DNA from: Anaerolineae bacterium | GTDB lineage: Bacteria; Chloroflexota; Anaerolineae; DRVO01 | DNA length: 64,000 bases | NCBI GenBank assembly: GCA_013178015.1 | Contig: JABLXR010000031.1 | Location: forward strand, 21,108-85,107 | Reading direction: 5' to 3' | In this document: positions 10,131 through 19,386 of the stretch, piece after piece | Layout of the letters: every line of letters begins with the position of its first letter | How positions within the stretch are numbered: position 1 is the first letter of the stretch | The notes under the pieces: generated by a model | The model's input: only the letters and a program-made list of their open reading frames with translations | Database searches by the model: none | What the model was told of the DNA's origin: nothing | Made by a program: the position numbers and the translations under genes

Positions 10131-10970
10131 CTAGAGCACGGCAAGGAGTGAGTCCAGGGCGGCCTTGGCCGTCTCTGCCGCCTTCACCGGGCCCAGCGCC
10201 TTCACCTCGTCGCTAAAGGTCTCGATGGAGACCGTCCAGTCATACCCGGTAGCCTGCAGCGCCCGCAGCATGGGAACCAGCGGGATGGAACCCTGGCCGG
10301 GCAGCAGCCGCTTCAGGTCCTCGAGCTGAGCCCGGGGTACCCCAGGATAGGCATCGTTGATGTGGAACTGCACGATCCGGCTCTCCGGCAGCGAGGCCAG
10401 CTCCGTCAGCGTCGCTTCACCCACGTAGAGGTGATAGGAATCCAGAAGCAGGCCCAGGTTGTCCCGACCCAGCTTCTCTATGAAGTGCATCATCTCCGGC
10501 AGCGTGGCTATGAACTTGTACGGACGATCCAGGAAGTTGCCCTGCGGGCCCACGAACTCCAAGCCAAAACGGATGCCGCTTTCTGCCAGGGTGTCGGCCA
10601 CCGCCCCGAGTCGGTCTCGACAAAAGGCAAACGCCTCGGAGTACCGAAGGCCCCACCGGGGAGGCACCCATGTGCAGAGCCGGTCCAGCCCTACCCGTCG
10701 GCACAGCTCCAGGCGCCCTGGCAAGGCGTCCATGTCAGCCCTGAACTGCTCCTCCGTTCCCTGCCAATTGACCGGGATTCCTCCGGAGCCCAGCCTTAGC
10801 CCGCGGTCCCGAAGGTCCTGCACCAGGGTCTCGACCGATCTTGCGCCGATGTACCCTTCCAGGTTCCCCAGCCCCACCTCGATGGCGCCGAATCCGGCTC
10901 TGCTGGCTGCCTGCAGGAAAGCGTCGAAGCTGGCGGCTCCGATGGTGGCATTGTTGAGGCAAGGTATCAT
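10131..10970 (-). CDS. sugar phosphate isomerase/epimerase (xylose-isomerase-like TIM barrel)
   Basis: The ATG at 10970 is preceded by GGGAGG. The sequence is typical of AP-endonuclease-2/TIM-barrel family proteins. The ORF from 11051 is an over-extension that overlaps the upstream gene. Confidence 0.7.
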   Translation of the reverse strand: MIPCLNNATIGAASFDAFLQAASRAGFGAIEVGLGNLEGYIGARSVETLVQDLRDRGLRLGSGGIPVNWQGTEEQFRADMDALPGRLELCRRVGLDRLCTWVPPRWGLRYSEAFAFCRDRLGAVADTLAESGIRFGLEFVGPQGNFLDRPYKFIATLPEMMHFIEKLGRDNLGLLLDSYHLYVGEATLTELASLPESRIVQFHINDAYPGVPRAQLEDLKRLLPGQGSIPLVPMLRALQATGYDWTVSIETFSDEVKALGPVKAAETAKAALDSLLAVL

Positions 10971-11023
10971 CGTTCCTCCCCACCTGTCGGCTCGTCGCCG
11001 ACGGCATGCGTTCCGGTGGCCGG

Positions 11024-12406
11024 CTACCAGCCGTACTGCTCCGGGCCCCATGGCCTGACGGTCAGCTCCTGCTTCACTAGCGTCAGGGTGCGGTCCGGCA
11101 CGTCTTCGTAGAGAACCACCCCCGGCCCGACGCAGGAGTACGCTCCCACCTTGACCCCGGGCATGAGGATGGCATTCACTCCAGTGCGAGAGTAATCGCC
11201 TATGTAGGAGGCGTTGGCTCCCACCGGTGGGCGCTCCCAGGCTCCGCCCACCTGGTGCAGCTTCTCCGCGTCATCGAAGCGCAGGGTGCCGCACACGGTA
11301 GCAGCCCCGATGTCTACGCTGGCCCCGAGGACCCCAACCACCTCGCAGTAGTGATAGAGGTAGGTTCCGGCAAACATGACCCCGCTGAACTCGGCTCCAT
11401 GGCCCACGACGCAGTTCGGCCCCACCACCGCATCAGAAAGCTGGCAGTAGTCACGCACCCGCGCTCCCGCCCCCACGATCACCTGGCCCTGAAGGATGGC
11501 ACCGTTGTCCACTACTGCTCCGGCGCCAACGCTAACGTCGCCCCGAATGCGCACCCGGGGGCCCACCACTGCCCCCTCGGCCACCATCAGTCTCCCTTCG
11601 ATGTCGGCCGCTTCCGAGACCCACGCCGATGAGGCAACGCGATGCGACTTGAGTTCGGAGAAGAGCTGCTCGGCCTCATAGTGGTTAGCTTGGAGTATGT
11701 GCCAGGGTTTGTCCAGGTCCACGAAGGCCCCTTCGGAGCGAATGGCGCGCACGGTCGCCCCGTGCTGAAGGCCGAGCGCCATCGAGGCGGCCAAGTCAGG
11801 CTCCAGCGCCGGCATTCCCCCCACCGGCACGTTCTCCAACAGCCCCGGGTTCGCCTCGAGGTAGCGTCGAAAGGCGGGCGACAAGACACAAACCCCGGTC
11901 CAGCGTTCGCTCGCCTCCCGCGGGTGGCCAATCACCTCGACGAGCGCATCGCCCTCGGTCCGCACGCAAAGACAGCGATTGGGGTCCTCGCCCCCCATGG
12001 GCGCCACGAGCACCGATGCCTCGCCATCCAGCGCCTCCGCCGCCCGGCGCATCTGCTCCAGGTCGCCCACCGACACCAGGACGTCTCCCGGAACTACCAG
12101 CGCGGGCGAATCGTGGGCCTCACTCCAGGCTGCCAGTAGGGCCTGGGCCGAGCCGCGCACCTGGGCCTCCAGCACGCGGACTCCGTCCAGGTCCAGCAGT
12201 GCTGCCCGCACCGGGCCGCCCCTGGCATCTACTACCACGACCAGGCGGCTGACGCCGGCAAGGCGCAGGCGTTCGGCCAGCAGGCGAACCAGCGCCCGGT
12301 TCGCCACAGGCAGAGACGCCTTGGGGCGCACGGTGGCGAAGGGCCACATCCGCCTACCCTCGCCTCCGGCCAGCACGACACCCAGGACACCATCGCTCAT
12401 CGTCAC
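11024..12406 (-). CDS. GlmU-like bifunctional sugar-1-phosphate nucleotidyltransferase with C-terminal left-handed beta-helix domain
   Basis: The N-terminal NTP-transferase motif VVLAGGEGRRMWP…RPKASLPV is present. The C-terminus carries hexapeptide repeats (…IGDYSRTGVNAILMPGVKVGAYSCVGPGVVLY…). Confidence 0.7.
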   Translation of the reverse strand: MTMSDGVLGVVLAGGEGRRMWPFATVRPKASLPVANRALVRLLAERLRLAGVSRLVVVVDARGGPVRAALLDLDGVRVLEAQVRGSAQALLAAWSEAHDSPALVVPGDVLVSVGDLEQMRRAAEALDGEASVLVAPMGGEDPNRCLCVRTEGDALVEVIGHPREASERWTGVCVLSPAFRRYLEANPGLLENVPVGGMPALEPDLAASMALGLQHGATVRAIRSEGAFVDLDKPWHILQANHYEAEQLFSELKSHRVASSAWVSEAADIEGRLMVAEGAVVGPRVRIRGDVSVGAGAVVDNGAILQGQVIVGAGARVRDYCQLSDAVVGPNCVVGHGAEFSGVMFAGTYLYHYCEVVGVLGASVDIGAATVCGTLRFDDAEKLHQVGGAWERPPVGANASYIGDYSRTGVNAILMPGVKVGAYSCVGPGVVLYEDVPDRTLTLVKQELTVRPWGPEQYGW

Positions 12407-12421
12407 CGAGCCCCCCTCCGG

Positions 12422-12916
12422 CTAGCCCACCAGTGCTTGCAGCACCGATCGAACCAGAGAAGCAGCGGGGGCGCTCAGCAGGAGCGCTGTCCCTACCACC
12501 ATGCCGGCCTCCACCAGCCCGACCGCCACGTTCCCACGCTGCAGCTCGAGCTTCTCGTCAATGGGGCCGGTCATCAGGTTGTATAGCCCGGCCGAAAGAA
12601 TCACCGCCAGCGCTCCCACGCCTACCCCGAACAGCAGGCGCAGGCCCTCGATCAGGAGGACCACTGCCGCCTCCCCCGGCCCCAGATCCAGACCCTCCAA
12701 GGGCACCGAGACCACCGGGTAGATCACTAGCGCTACTCCGAAGATCACTCCAGCCAGAACCGCACCCACGGCCGCATTGCCCCGGGCAATCTCGTCCCAG
12801 ACGTCTACGCGCGGCGTCAGAGCCTGAAAGAGAGAAGCCGAGAGGTACACGCCGATGGCAGCAACTATGCCCACCACCACCAGGCGGGCCAGCGCGATGA
12901 CCAGCCACAGTCCCAT
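12422..12916 (-). CDS. DUF350-like integral membrane protein
   Basis: Four or more TM helices. A repeated D..EIARGNAAVG / ELQRGNVAVG motif pair is characteristic of DUF350. Confidence 0.5.
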   Translation of the reverse strand: MGLWLVIALARLVVVGIVAAIGVYLSASLFQALTPRVDVWDEIARGNAAVGAVLAGVIFGVALVIYPVVSVPLEGLDLGPGEAAVVLLIEGLRLLFGVGVGALAVILSAGLYNLMTGPIDEKLELQRGNVAVGLVEAGMVVGTALLLSAPAASLVRSVLQALVG

Positions 12917-12933
12917 ATCCTGCTCCCTACGGC

Positions 12934-14154
12934 CTACGGCGACCGGAAGCCAAACATGCGCCCGCTCTCGGTCGGCCTGGCCCCCAGCTCCACCGGCACG
13001 TCCAGTGTCTCATCACCGCGCACGATGGTCAGAACTACTACGTCGCCCACGGAGTATTTCTCCAGCCGGCTGATTAAGTCGTTCATGCCCGTGATACTCT
13101 GGCCATCCAAGGCGATGATGATGTCCCCACCCACCACCACTACGTCGTCGTAGCCCGGCACGTTGAGCGAGCGGTTGCCTCCTCGGAGGCCAGCTTCCTC
13201 GGCCGGGCCTCCCGATGTTACCTCGCCGATGAGAGCACCCCGGCTCACAGGCAGGTTCCCGACATTCGCCAAAGCATCGGTGATGGTCCACCCTCTGATC
13301 CCCAAGTGCGGGTGCAAGTACCGCCCATCCGTGATGAGGGCGGGCACCACCCTCTTCACAGTGTTGACGGGCACGGCAAAGCCGATGCCGCTGAACTCAC
13401 CCGTCTGGGAGTAGATCATGGTGTTCACCCCAATCACTCGACCGCGTATGTCGAACAGCGGTCCTCCGGAGTTGCCCGGGTTGATGGAGGCATCGGTCTG
13501 GATCAGGTCAGGTAGGGAGAAACCGCTCGCCTGCATGCTCACCCGGCCAAGCGCGCTCACGATACCCGCAGTCATGGTACCCTCAAAGCGGAAGGGGTTC
13601 CCGATGGCGACCGCCGTTTGACCCACCTGGACCAGCTCCGAATCCCCCAGCTCCAGCGGCACTAGAAGCTCCGGATCGGCTCCGACCTGGATCACGGCTA
13701 GGTCGCTGTCCCGATCGGTTCCGACGATGGTGGCCTCGAACTGGCGCTCGTCGGAGAACACCACCGTCACCCGAGAAGCTCCTTCCACCACGTGGTTGTT
13801 GGTCACGATGAAGCCGTTCCGGTCCCAGACCCAGCCGGAACCGGTACCAGTGATGCCAGCTAGGCCAGCCCCGGTGACGTAGATGTGGACCACGGAGCCG
13901 CTGAACCTCTCGTAGATGCTCGCCAGCGCCAGATCGCGAGCTTCCACGTAGCTAAGCACATCCTCGGACACCGGAGTGAGGGCAGGCCGGGGCGTAGGCG
14001 TTGGCACTGTGATGACGGGACGCGCCTCCAGCGTTGCCCTCTCGATCCGAGGCAGGGTGGGCGTCGCTTGCTGCAGTACGCCCAGGGAGGGAGCGCAAGC
14101 AAGACTCAACAGCAGAAGGCTCAGTGTGGCAGCGATCACCAACGGCCTACGCAT
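12934..14154 (-). CDS. HtrA/DegP-family trypsin-like serine protease with PDZ domain
   Basis: The catalytic triad regions are present (NNHVV, GNSGGPL), with a C-terminal PDZ domain and a signal peptide from the ATG at 14154 (MRRPLVIAATLSLL), which follows a GGAGG. Confidence 0.85.
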   Translation of the reverse strand: MRRPLVIAATLSLLLLSLACAPSLGVLQQATPTLPRIERATLEARPVITVPTPTPRPALTPVSEDVLSYVEARDLALASIYERFSGSVVHIYVTGAGLAGITGTGSGWVWDRNGFIVTNNHVVEGASRVTVVFSDERQFEATIVGTDRDSDLAVIQVGADPELLVPLELGDSELVQVGQTAVAIGNPFRFEGTMTAGIVSALGRVSMQASGFSLPDLIQTDASINPGNSGGPLFDIRGRVIGVNTMIYSQTGEFSGIGFAVPVNTVKRVVPALITDGRYLHPHLGIRGWTITDALANVGNLPVSRGALIGEVTSGGPAEEAGLRGGNRSLNVPGYDDVVVVGGDIIIALDGQSITGMNDLISRLEKYSVGDVVVLTIVRGDETLDVPVELGARPTESGRMFGFRSP

Positions 14155-14170
14155 GCACAACCTCCGCGCG

Positions 14171-15160
14171 CTACGCCTCTTGCGCGCTCTGCAGCGCACG
14201 AACTACGACCCGAAGGGCCCTCAGGCCGTCCTCCCCCGTGACGGCCGGGCGGGTGCCGGTGGCGCAGCAGTGCACAAAGTGGCGCATCTCGTCCAGGAAC
14301 ATGTTGTTCTTGCGGAAGACCTCCGGCCGCTGCACTTCCCCCGTGTCCAGCAGGTACATCCCCACCCCATCGGAGGACAGGTCAGCCGGTACCCGGTCCC
14401 GAGGCACAGAACCGGGAAAGAGGATAGAGCCGCCGGGGCCGATGGCGTCCTGCCCGGTCAGGCCGGAGGCCCCAGAAGGCAGCCCCCAGGTCCAGCTCAA
14501 CACTAGCTCGTCGCCGCCTTCGTAGCCTATGCTCACTGTGGCCGTGTCCCACGCCGTGGACTTGAACCGCCGTACCGCCCCCTGGGACCAGGCCATGTCG
14601 CCGAACAGCCAGTTGGCGAAGTCAACATCGTGGATGGCGCCATCCACAATGGGGCCGCCGCCCTTGTCCCGGTCCAGATACCAAGGGCTGCGCGGACCGC
14701 CACTGGCCGCAAAGTGTCGCCAGACTATCGGCCGACCGATCGCGCCCGCCTCCACCAAGCGCTTGAACGCGCCCCAGTCGTTATCGAACCGACGCACGAA
14801 GCCGACCATCAGGTGCACCCCAGCTCGCTCGCAGGCCTGGATCATGGCCTCGGCGTCAGCTTCCTTCAGAGCGATCGGCTTCTCGCAGAACACGTGTTTT
14901 CCCGCCTCGGCAGCCGCCAGCACTGCCAGTGGGTGCAAGAAGGTCGGCAGGCAGACTAGTACCGCATCCACACTTGGATCGCGCACCAGATGGCGGAAGT
15001 CAGTGTAGGTTCGCTCAGGCTCGAACTCGCGGGCGTAGGCCTCCAGTACCTCCTCATCCGCATCCGAGGCGGCGACGATGCCTACCCCTTCTATCTCCCG
15101 CAGTGATCGCGAGTGATACCTGCCCATGCCGCCACAACCGATGATACCGATCTTGACCAT
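14171..15160 (-). CDS. Gfo/Idh/MocA-family NAD(P)-dependent oxidoreductase
   Basis: The N-terminus MVKIGIIGCGGMGRYH and an EKP motif are present over 329 aa. Confidence 0.85.
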   Translation of the reverse strand: MVKIGIIGCGGMGRYHSRSLREIEGVGIVAASDADEEVLEAYAREFEPERTYTDFRHLVRDPSVDAVLVCLPTFLHPLAVLAAAEAGKHVFCEKPIALKEADAEAMIQACERAGVHLMVGFVRRFDNDWGAFKRLVEAGAIGRPIVWRHFAASGGPRSPWYLDRDKGGGPIVDGAIHDVDFANWLFGDMAWSQGAVRRFKSTAWDTATVSIGYEGGDELVLSWTWGLPSGASGLTGQDAIGPGGSILFPGSVPRDRVPADLSSDGVGMYLLDTGEVQRPEVFRKNNMFLDEMRHFVHCCATGTRPAVTGEDGLRALRVVVRALQSAQEA

Positions 15161-15380
15161 AATCCTGCTCCCAGTCCGGGAAGGCTGATTTGCCTCCCCG
15201 TCGTCGTGCCATATACCATCGGCCCGGACGTGCGCTCACTCTAGGCTGCGCCGGCAGGAGTGTCAAGATTCCTCAGAGGGTGCTTGCCAGGCCTCGCCGT
15301 GCATTGGCGACATAGCCGCCCGCTTCCTCCACGTTAACAGTGCGGCCACGCCCGACCTTACGCCCCGATCCGGTGATGAC

Positions 15381-16115
15381 ATGGCCTCAGACGGCTCCGA
15401 GCTGCAAGACAGGCCTGCAGCGACACTCTCGATCGAGACGATCCACCGGAGGCTCGCCGACGAGTACGGTGTGCCCGTCAACCGGGAACCCTCCGAGCCT
15501 ACGGAGGAACTCGTCCGCACCATCTTGTCTCAGAACACCAACGACACCAATAGAGATCGGGCCTTCCGACGGATGAGAACGCAGTATCGGTCATGGGAGG
15601 ACGTCGCTCGGGCCGACACCGCTGCCCTCGCCGACACGATCCGGCCGGGCGGCTTGGCCGATCTCAAAGCCCCCAGAATCCAGAGGGCCCTTGAGGAGAT
15701 CAGGAGCCGAGCTGGCGCCTATGACCTGTCCTTTGTTTGCAGCATGCCCACTCCCGAGGCGGATCGGTGGCTGCGAGCGCTCCCCGGCGTGGGGCCGAAG
15801 ACGGCAGCATGTGTTCTCCTCTTCTCCTGCCAGAAGCCGGTCATGCCCGTGGATACCCACGTCCGGCGCGTCAGCGACCGGTTGGGGCTGATCCCACCAG
15901 GCACCGGCGCTGACGCAGCTCACGCCATCCTCACCGCGCGCGTGCCCGCAGAGCTGATCTACCCGCTACATATCAACCTCATCCGCCACGGGCGCCTGAT
16001 ATGCCGCGCCGGCACACCGCTGTGCCATCGCTGCGTCCTGCGCGACCTGTGCGCCTACGCCCGCGCCCGAGGCCTCGACCACTACTCGCCTAGGACGCCA
16101 GAGAGCCGGGTCTAG
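15381..16115 (+). CDS. nth: endonuclease III family DNA glycosylase (HhH-GPD with 4Fe-4S cluster)
   Basis: HhH-GPD motif region …PGVGPKTAACVLLF… with the catalytic Asp region VDTHVRRV. The C-terminal cluster-binding motif is C-x6-C-x2-C-x5-C. Confidence 0.85.
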   Translation: MASDGSELQDRPAATLSIETIHRRLADEYGVPVNREPSEPTEELVRTILSQNTNDTNRDRAFRRMRTQYRSWEDVARADTAALADTIRPGGLADLKAPRIQRALEEIRSRAGAYDLSFVCSMPTPEADRWLRALPGVGPKTAACVLLFSCQKPVMPVDTHVRRVSDRLGLIPPGTGADAAHAILTARVPAELIYPLHINLIRHGRLICRAGTPLCHRCVLRDLCAYARARGLDHYSPRTPESRV

Positions 16116-16126
16116 GTGACCCGGCT
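16104..16126. terminator. candidate bidirectional hairpin between convergent nth and the dehydrogenase gene
   Basis: AGCCGGGTC-TAGGT-GACCCGGCT forms a 9-bp stem. The nth stop codon TAG lies in the loop. Confidence 0.3.
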
Positions 16127-16152
16127 CTGTCCACGGCGCCAGGAATGTCGCG

Positions 16153-17139
16153 CTACTTGATGCGCTTGGGCACCACGCCCGGGTTGACCTGAGCCGGCAG
16201 GGGCTCTCCCTTTAGCCCGGCGATCAAGTTGTTCGCCGCGATCTCCGCCATCTTGCCCCGCGTCTCTATGGAGGCGCTGGCGATGTGCGGACATACGATG
16301 AAGTTGCTGAGCTTGAGTATGGGATGGTCCGCCGGGATGGGCTCCGGATCCGTGACGTCCACTGCCGCATACGCGATCTCGCCATCGCGCAGGGCGTGAT
16401 ACATATCCTCGGTGTTTACGATGGGCCCCCGGGCGCTGTTCACCAGAATGGCCGTCTTCTTCATCTGCCTGAACCGCTCCGCGTTCACCATCCCTTCAGT
16501 CTCAGGGGTGAGCGGCGTGTGGACACTGAGAAAGTCGGCTTCACGGAAGAGGGTATCCAGGTCCACGTACTCTAGGTTCAGCTCCTTCTCCAGATCCTCC
16601 CGGCGGAAGGGATCGTAGTACAGAACGCGCATGTTGAATCCCTTGGCCCGCTGGGCCATGGCCGACCCGATCCGGCCCAGGCCCAGCAGGCTCAGGGTAG
16701 CCCCATGTACGTCACGCCCGAGAAGGAGCATGGGCCCCCAGGTCTTCCATCGCCCCGCCCGGACGTAGTCCATTCCCTCGACCACCCGCCGAGCCGCCGA
16801 CATGAGGAGAGCAAAGGCGAAGTCTGCCGTCGTGTCGGTGAGCACGCCCGGAGTGTTGCCTACGGCGACGCCCCGCTCAGTGCAGGCAGCCACGTCAATG
16901 TTGTCAAAACCAACGGCGTAGTTGGCTACAACCCTCAACTTGGGAGCCCGATCCAGCAACTCGGCATCTACTGTGTCGGTCAGCAACGACAACAGACCCT
17001 CACAGTCCCGCACTTTCTCTAGAAGCACATCCCTCGGAGGCGGGAGCTCCTCCTCCCAAACCTCGGCGTCGGCGAACTCAAGCACCAGATTGAGTCCCCG
17101 ATCGGGGATGCGACGCGAGACGAAAACCTTAGGCTTCAT
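16153..17139 (-). CDS. D-isomer-specific 2-hydroxyacid dehydrogenase (glyoxylate/hydroxypyruvate reductase-like)
   Basis: The NAD-binding motif GLGRIGSAMAQRAKGFNMRVLYYD is present with the catalytic R/E/H. The protein is 328 aa. Confidence 0.85.
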   Translation of the reverse strand: MKPKVFVSRRIPDRGLNLVLEFADAEVWEEELPPPRDVLLEKVRDCEGLLSLLTDTVDAELLDRAPKLRVVANYAVGFDNIDVAACTERGVAVGNTPGVLTDTTADFAFALLMSAARRVVEGMDYVRAGRWKTWGPMLLLGRDVHGATLSLLGLGRIGSAMAQRAKGFNMRVLYYDPFRREDLEKELNLEYVDLDTLFREADFLSVHTPLTPETEGMVNAERFRQMKKTAILVNSARGPIVNTEDMYHALRDGEIAYAAVDVTDPEPIPADHPILKLSNFIVCPHIASASIETRGKMAEIAANNLIAGLKGEPLPAQVNPGVVPKRIK

Positions 17140-17224
17140 GGCAATGCTCCTTGCGATGATACAGCACGAGTATGCGACGCTGCAGCTAGTGCGCGGGAGA
17201 GTATAGGGCGAACCCGCTCATTCG

Positions 17225-17911
17225 TCAACGCGCGTCCAAACCGCCACCCTGCGGCAGCCGCCCGTGCTGGAAGCCCCGCCTCTCCAGACTGACGGGCAGA
17301 CACAACTCCGACTGGCCCGTTCGGAGCCTTATGTCCAGTTGGGCCCCATCAGCCTGGAGGGCGGCGGCAAACCCGCCTCGCCGTTTGGCGACCTCACGTA
17401 GGGCAACAGGATCACCTATGGCCTGGATTGTCACCTGGCTGCCCAAAGGGTGGCCATCCATGATCGTCCCCTGCGGCCCCTCATAGAATGATGACCAGGC
17501 GGTCACTCTCCTGCCATTCACGGCGATAGCCTCAGCCCCGGCGCTCTTCAACTCGTTCACCAGGTCCCGCACTCCGGCGGCGGTAACGGAGCCGCTCACA
17601 GCCATCTCGATGCCGGGCCCCACCACAGCCACGGCCCCGTTGACGATTCTGAGCTGGTTCAGGCTGGCGGTCATGTCCTCCAGTCGGCCACCGCCCGAAG
17701 GCTCCGTCAGGGCGGCGAGCTCTCGGTCCAGTCTCTCGATCTCTTCCCTCAACGCCTGGTTGGCCGACACCAATGCACCCGCTAGCTCTACCTCCTCCTC
17801 CAGTGACACCGGCCTCGCCATCGACCCGTCGCGCCCCCAGCCGCCGGCAATCGCCACCAGTCCCACGACTGAGCACATGAGGAGGATCAGGTGGAATCGC
17901 GTAGCCCTCAT
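17225..17911 (-). CDS. DUF881-family membrane protein (paralog 2)
   Basis: An N-terminal TM helix and a coiled-coil region are present. The conserved core reads …GPGIEM…AIAVNGRRVTAWSSFYEGPQGTIMDGHPLGSQVTIQAIGDP…. The ATG at 17911 lies just 5 nt after the upstream paralog. Confidence 0.55.
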   Translation of the reverse strand: MRATRFHLILLMCSVVGLVAIAGGWGRDGSMARPVSLEEEVELAGALVSANQALREEIERLDRELAALTEPSGGGRLEDMTASLNQLRIVNGAVAVVGPGIEMAVSGSVTAAGVRDLVNELKSAGAEAIAVNGRRVTAWSSFYEGPQGTIMDGHPLGSQVTIQAIGDPVALREVAKRRGGFAAALQADGAQLDIRLRTGQSELCLPVSLERRGFQHGRLPQGGGLDAR

Positions 17912-17915
17912 GTCC

Positions 17916-18653
17916 CTACTCCCCGATCCGGGCGAACCGCACCGATATCGCCCCCACATAGGCGGGACACCAGACCATATCCCGCTGGTGCACTGCCATG
18001 CGCACCGCACGGCTCGCCACCCGCTGGCGCAGCGACGACAGCTCGGGGTCAACGTTCAGCATCCGCTCCAAGGCCTCCGCATCGCCCACCGCCCTGATGG
18101 TCAGCGGCGGGGTGACGCGCTTCTCCCCCACCACAATCGTACTGCCCACGCAGTACACATAGGTGCCGAAGGCAATCCGCTCCTCGCCCACGCACACCGC
18201 CTCGGCCCCGGCAGACCAGAGGGCGTTGATCAGGTCCCGGAGATCGTAGTCGTGCACGATGAAGGTTTCAGGCTCCTCACCCGCATGCGCCGGTCTGCCA
18301 CCGTCGGCCAGCACAATCTCCAACCCGGGGCCCTCTATCTCAGTAAGCCCCGCCAGTTGGCGCTCCCAGAGCAGCTCCCGCTCCAGTTGGTCCAGCATCG
18401 CGCCACCCTCGGGACTCATGGCCGCCCGCGCCAGGGCCCTGCGCCTCGTTTCCACTCCCTGGCGTAGCACCGCCTGCTCTTCCTCCAGACGGGCCACCAG
18501 ATCGAGTATCGGCTGGCTCTCTGCACTCTCGGCAGGCGCAACGGCGGGGCGGGCATCCGTGAGCCCCTGTGCCAAGAGGAGGCCCAGGAACGCCCCCAGC
18601 GCGATCAGGCTGAGGGAGCGTAGCAACGTGCGTGACAGCTGAGACGAGGCCAA
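17916..18653 (-). CDS. DUF881-family membrane protein (paralog 1)
   Basis: Same architecture as the neighbour (TM, coiled coil, …GPGLEIVLADG…AEAVCVGEERIAFGTYVYCVGSTIVVGEKRVTPPLTIRAVGDAEAL…). Confidence 0.55.
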   Translation of the reverse strand: MASSQLSRTLLRSLSLIALGAFLGLLLAQGLTDARPAVAPAESAESQPILDLVARLEEEQAVLRQGVETRRRALARAAMSPEGGAMLDQLERELLWERQLAGLTEIEGPGLEIVLADGGRPAHAGEEPETFIVHDYDLRDLINALWSAGAEAVCVGEERIAFGTYVYCVGSTIVVGEKRVTPPLTIRAVGDAEALERMLNVDPELSSLRQRVASRAVRMAVHQRDMVWCPAYVGAISVRFARIGE

Positions 18654-18696
18654 GGGCCGCTACTCCACCGAGCGCGAGGGCCTTACAGGGGGAGAC

Positions 18697-19254
18697 CTAG
18701 CCCAGGGGAAAACCCGGCGGTGTGATGGCTATCTCGTATTCGCCGCTGTTGTTGTCGAGATATGTCTCCTGTGGCCCAGGACGCACTGAGACCTCCAGGA
18801 TGTACGAGGGCAGAATCGGGACCACTCCCGAAGCCGGCAGTCTCACCACCTCCGCCTGTCCAGGAGCAAGATAAGGGGCAATCGTGCTTCCGCTGATGAG
18901 CACTCTGCCGCCTTGCGCGGCCGGTGCCCTAAGCCAGGCCTCCACGATCACGTCCCGTTCCGCCTGCCGGCCCCGGTTCTCGAGCGCCACCAGCAGTTGG
19001 AAGCGAGTATCCCCGTCGGGATATCCAATTGCCCCCGCCAAGGGAGGATCTATCTCTGCCCCCAAGAAGGCCAGATCGTGCTCGGGCCACACCGGAGCCG
19101 ACCCACGCCGAGCTTCGGGTGTCTTGGCCGCCTGTGACACTCTGACCTGCCCGCAACCGATGAGCACCAGGCACGCCGCTATCACGGCCACCGAACGGAG
19201 AAGACTGGCAGACCTCACGGTCGCCCCCAAAGCAAGACCAATGGGCACGGGCAT
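18697..19254 (-). CDS. hypothetical lipoprotein
   Basis: A signal peptide with lipobox LIGCGQ precedes a beta-rich domain of unknown family. Confidence 0.45.
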   Translation of the reverse strand: MPVPIGLALGATVRSASLLRSVAVIAACLVLIGCGQVRVSQAAKTPEARRGSAPVWPEHDLAFLGAEIDPPLAGAIGYPDGDTRFQLLVALENRGRQAERDVIVEAWLRAPAAQGGRVLISGSTIAPYLAPGQAEVVRLPASGVVPILPSYILEVSVRPGPQETYLDNNSGEYEIAITPPGFPLG

Positions 19255-19386
19255 AGGAACATCGAGAGGCGCATGGCGGGCATTCTAGTAACCATGGGTG
19301 CGCCACGCAACAAGCGGTAACTACCTCACCAGTCAGCCCCCCGAGCCTGCGTTGAACTCGGGGCCGCTTGCCGGTAGACTGGGAGT

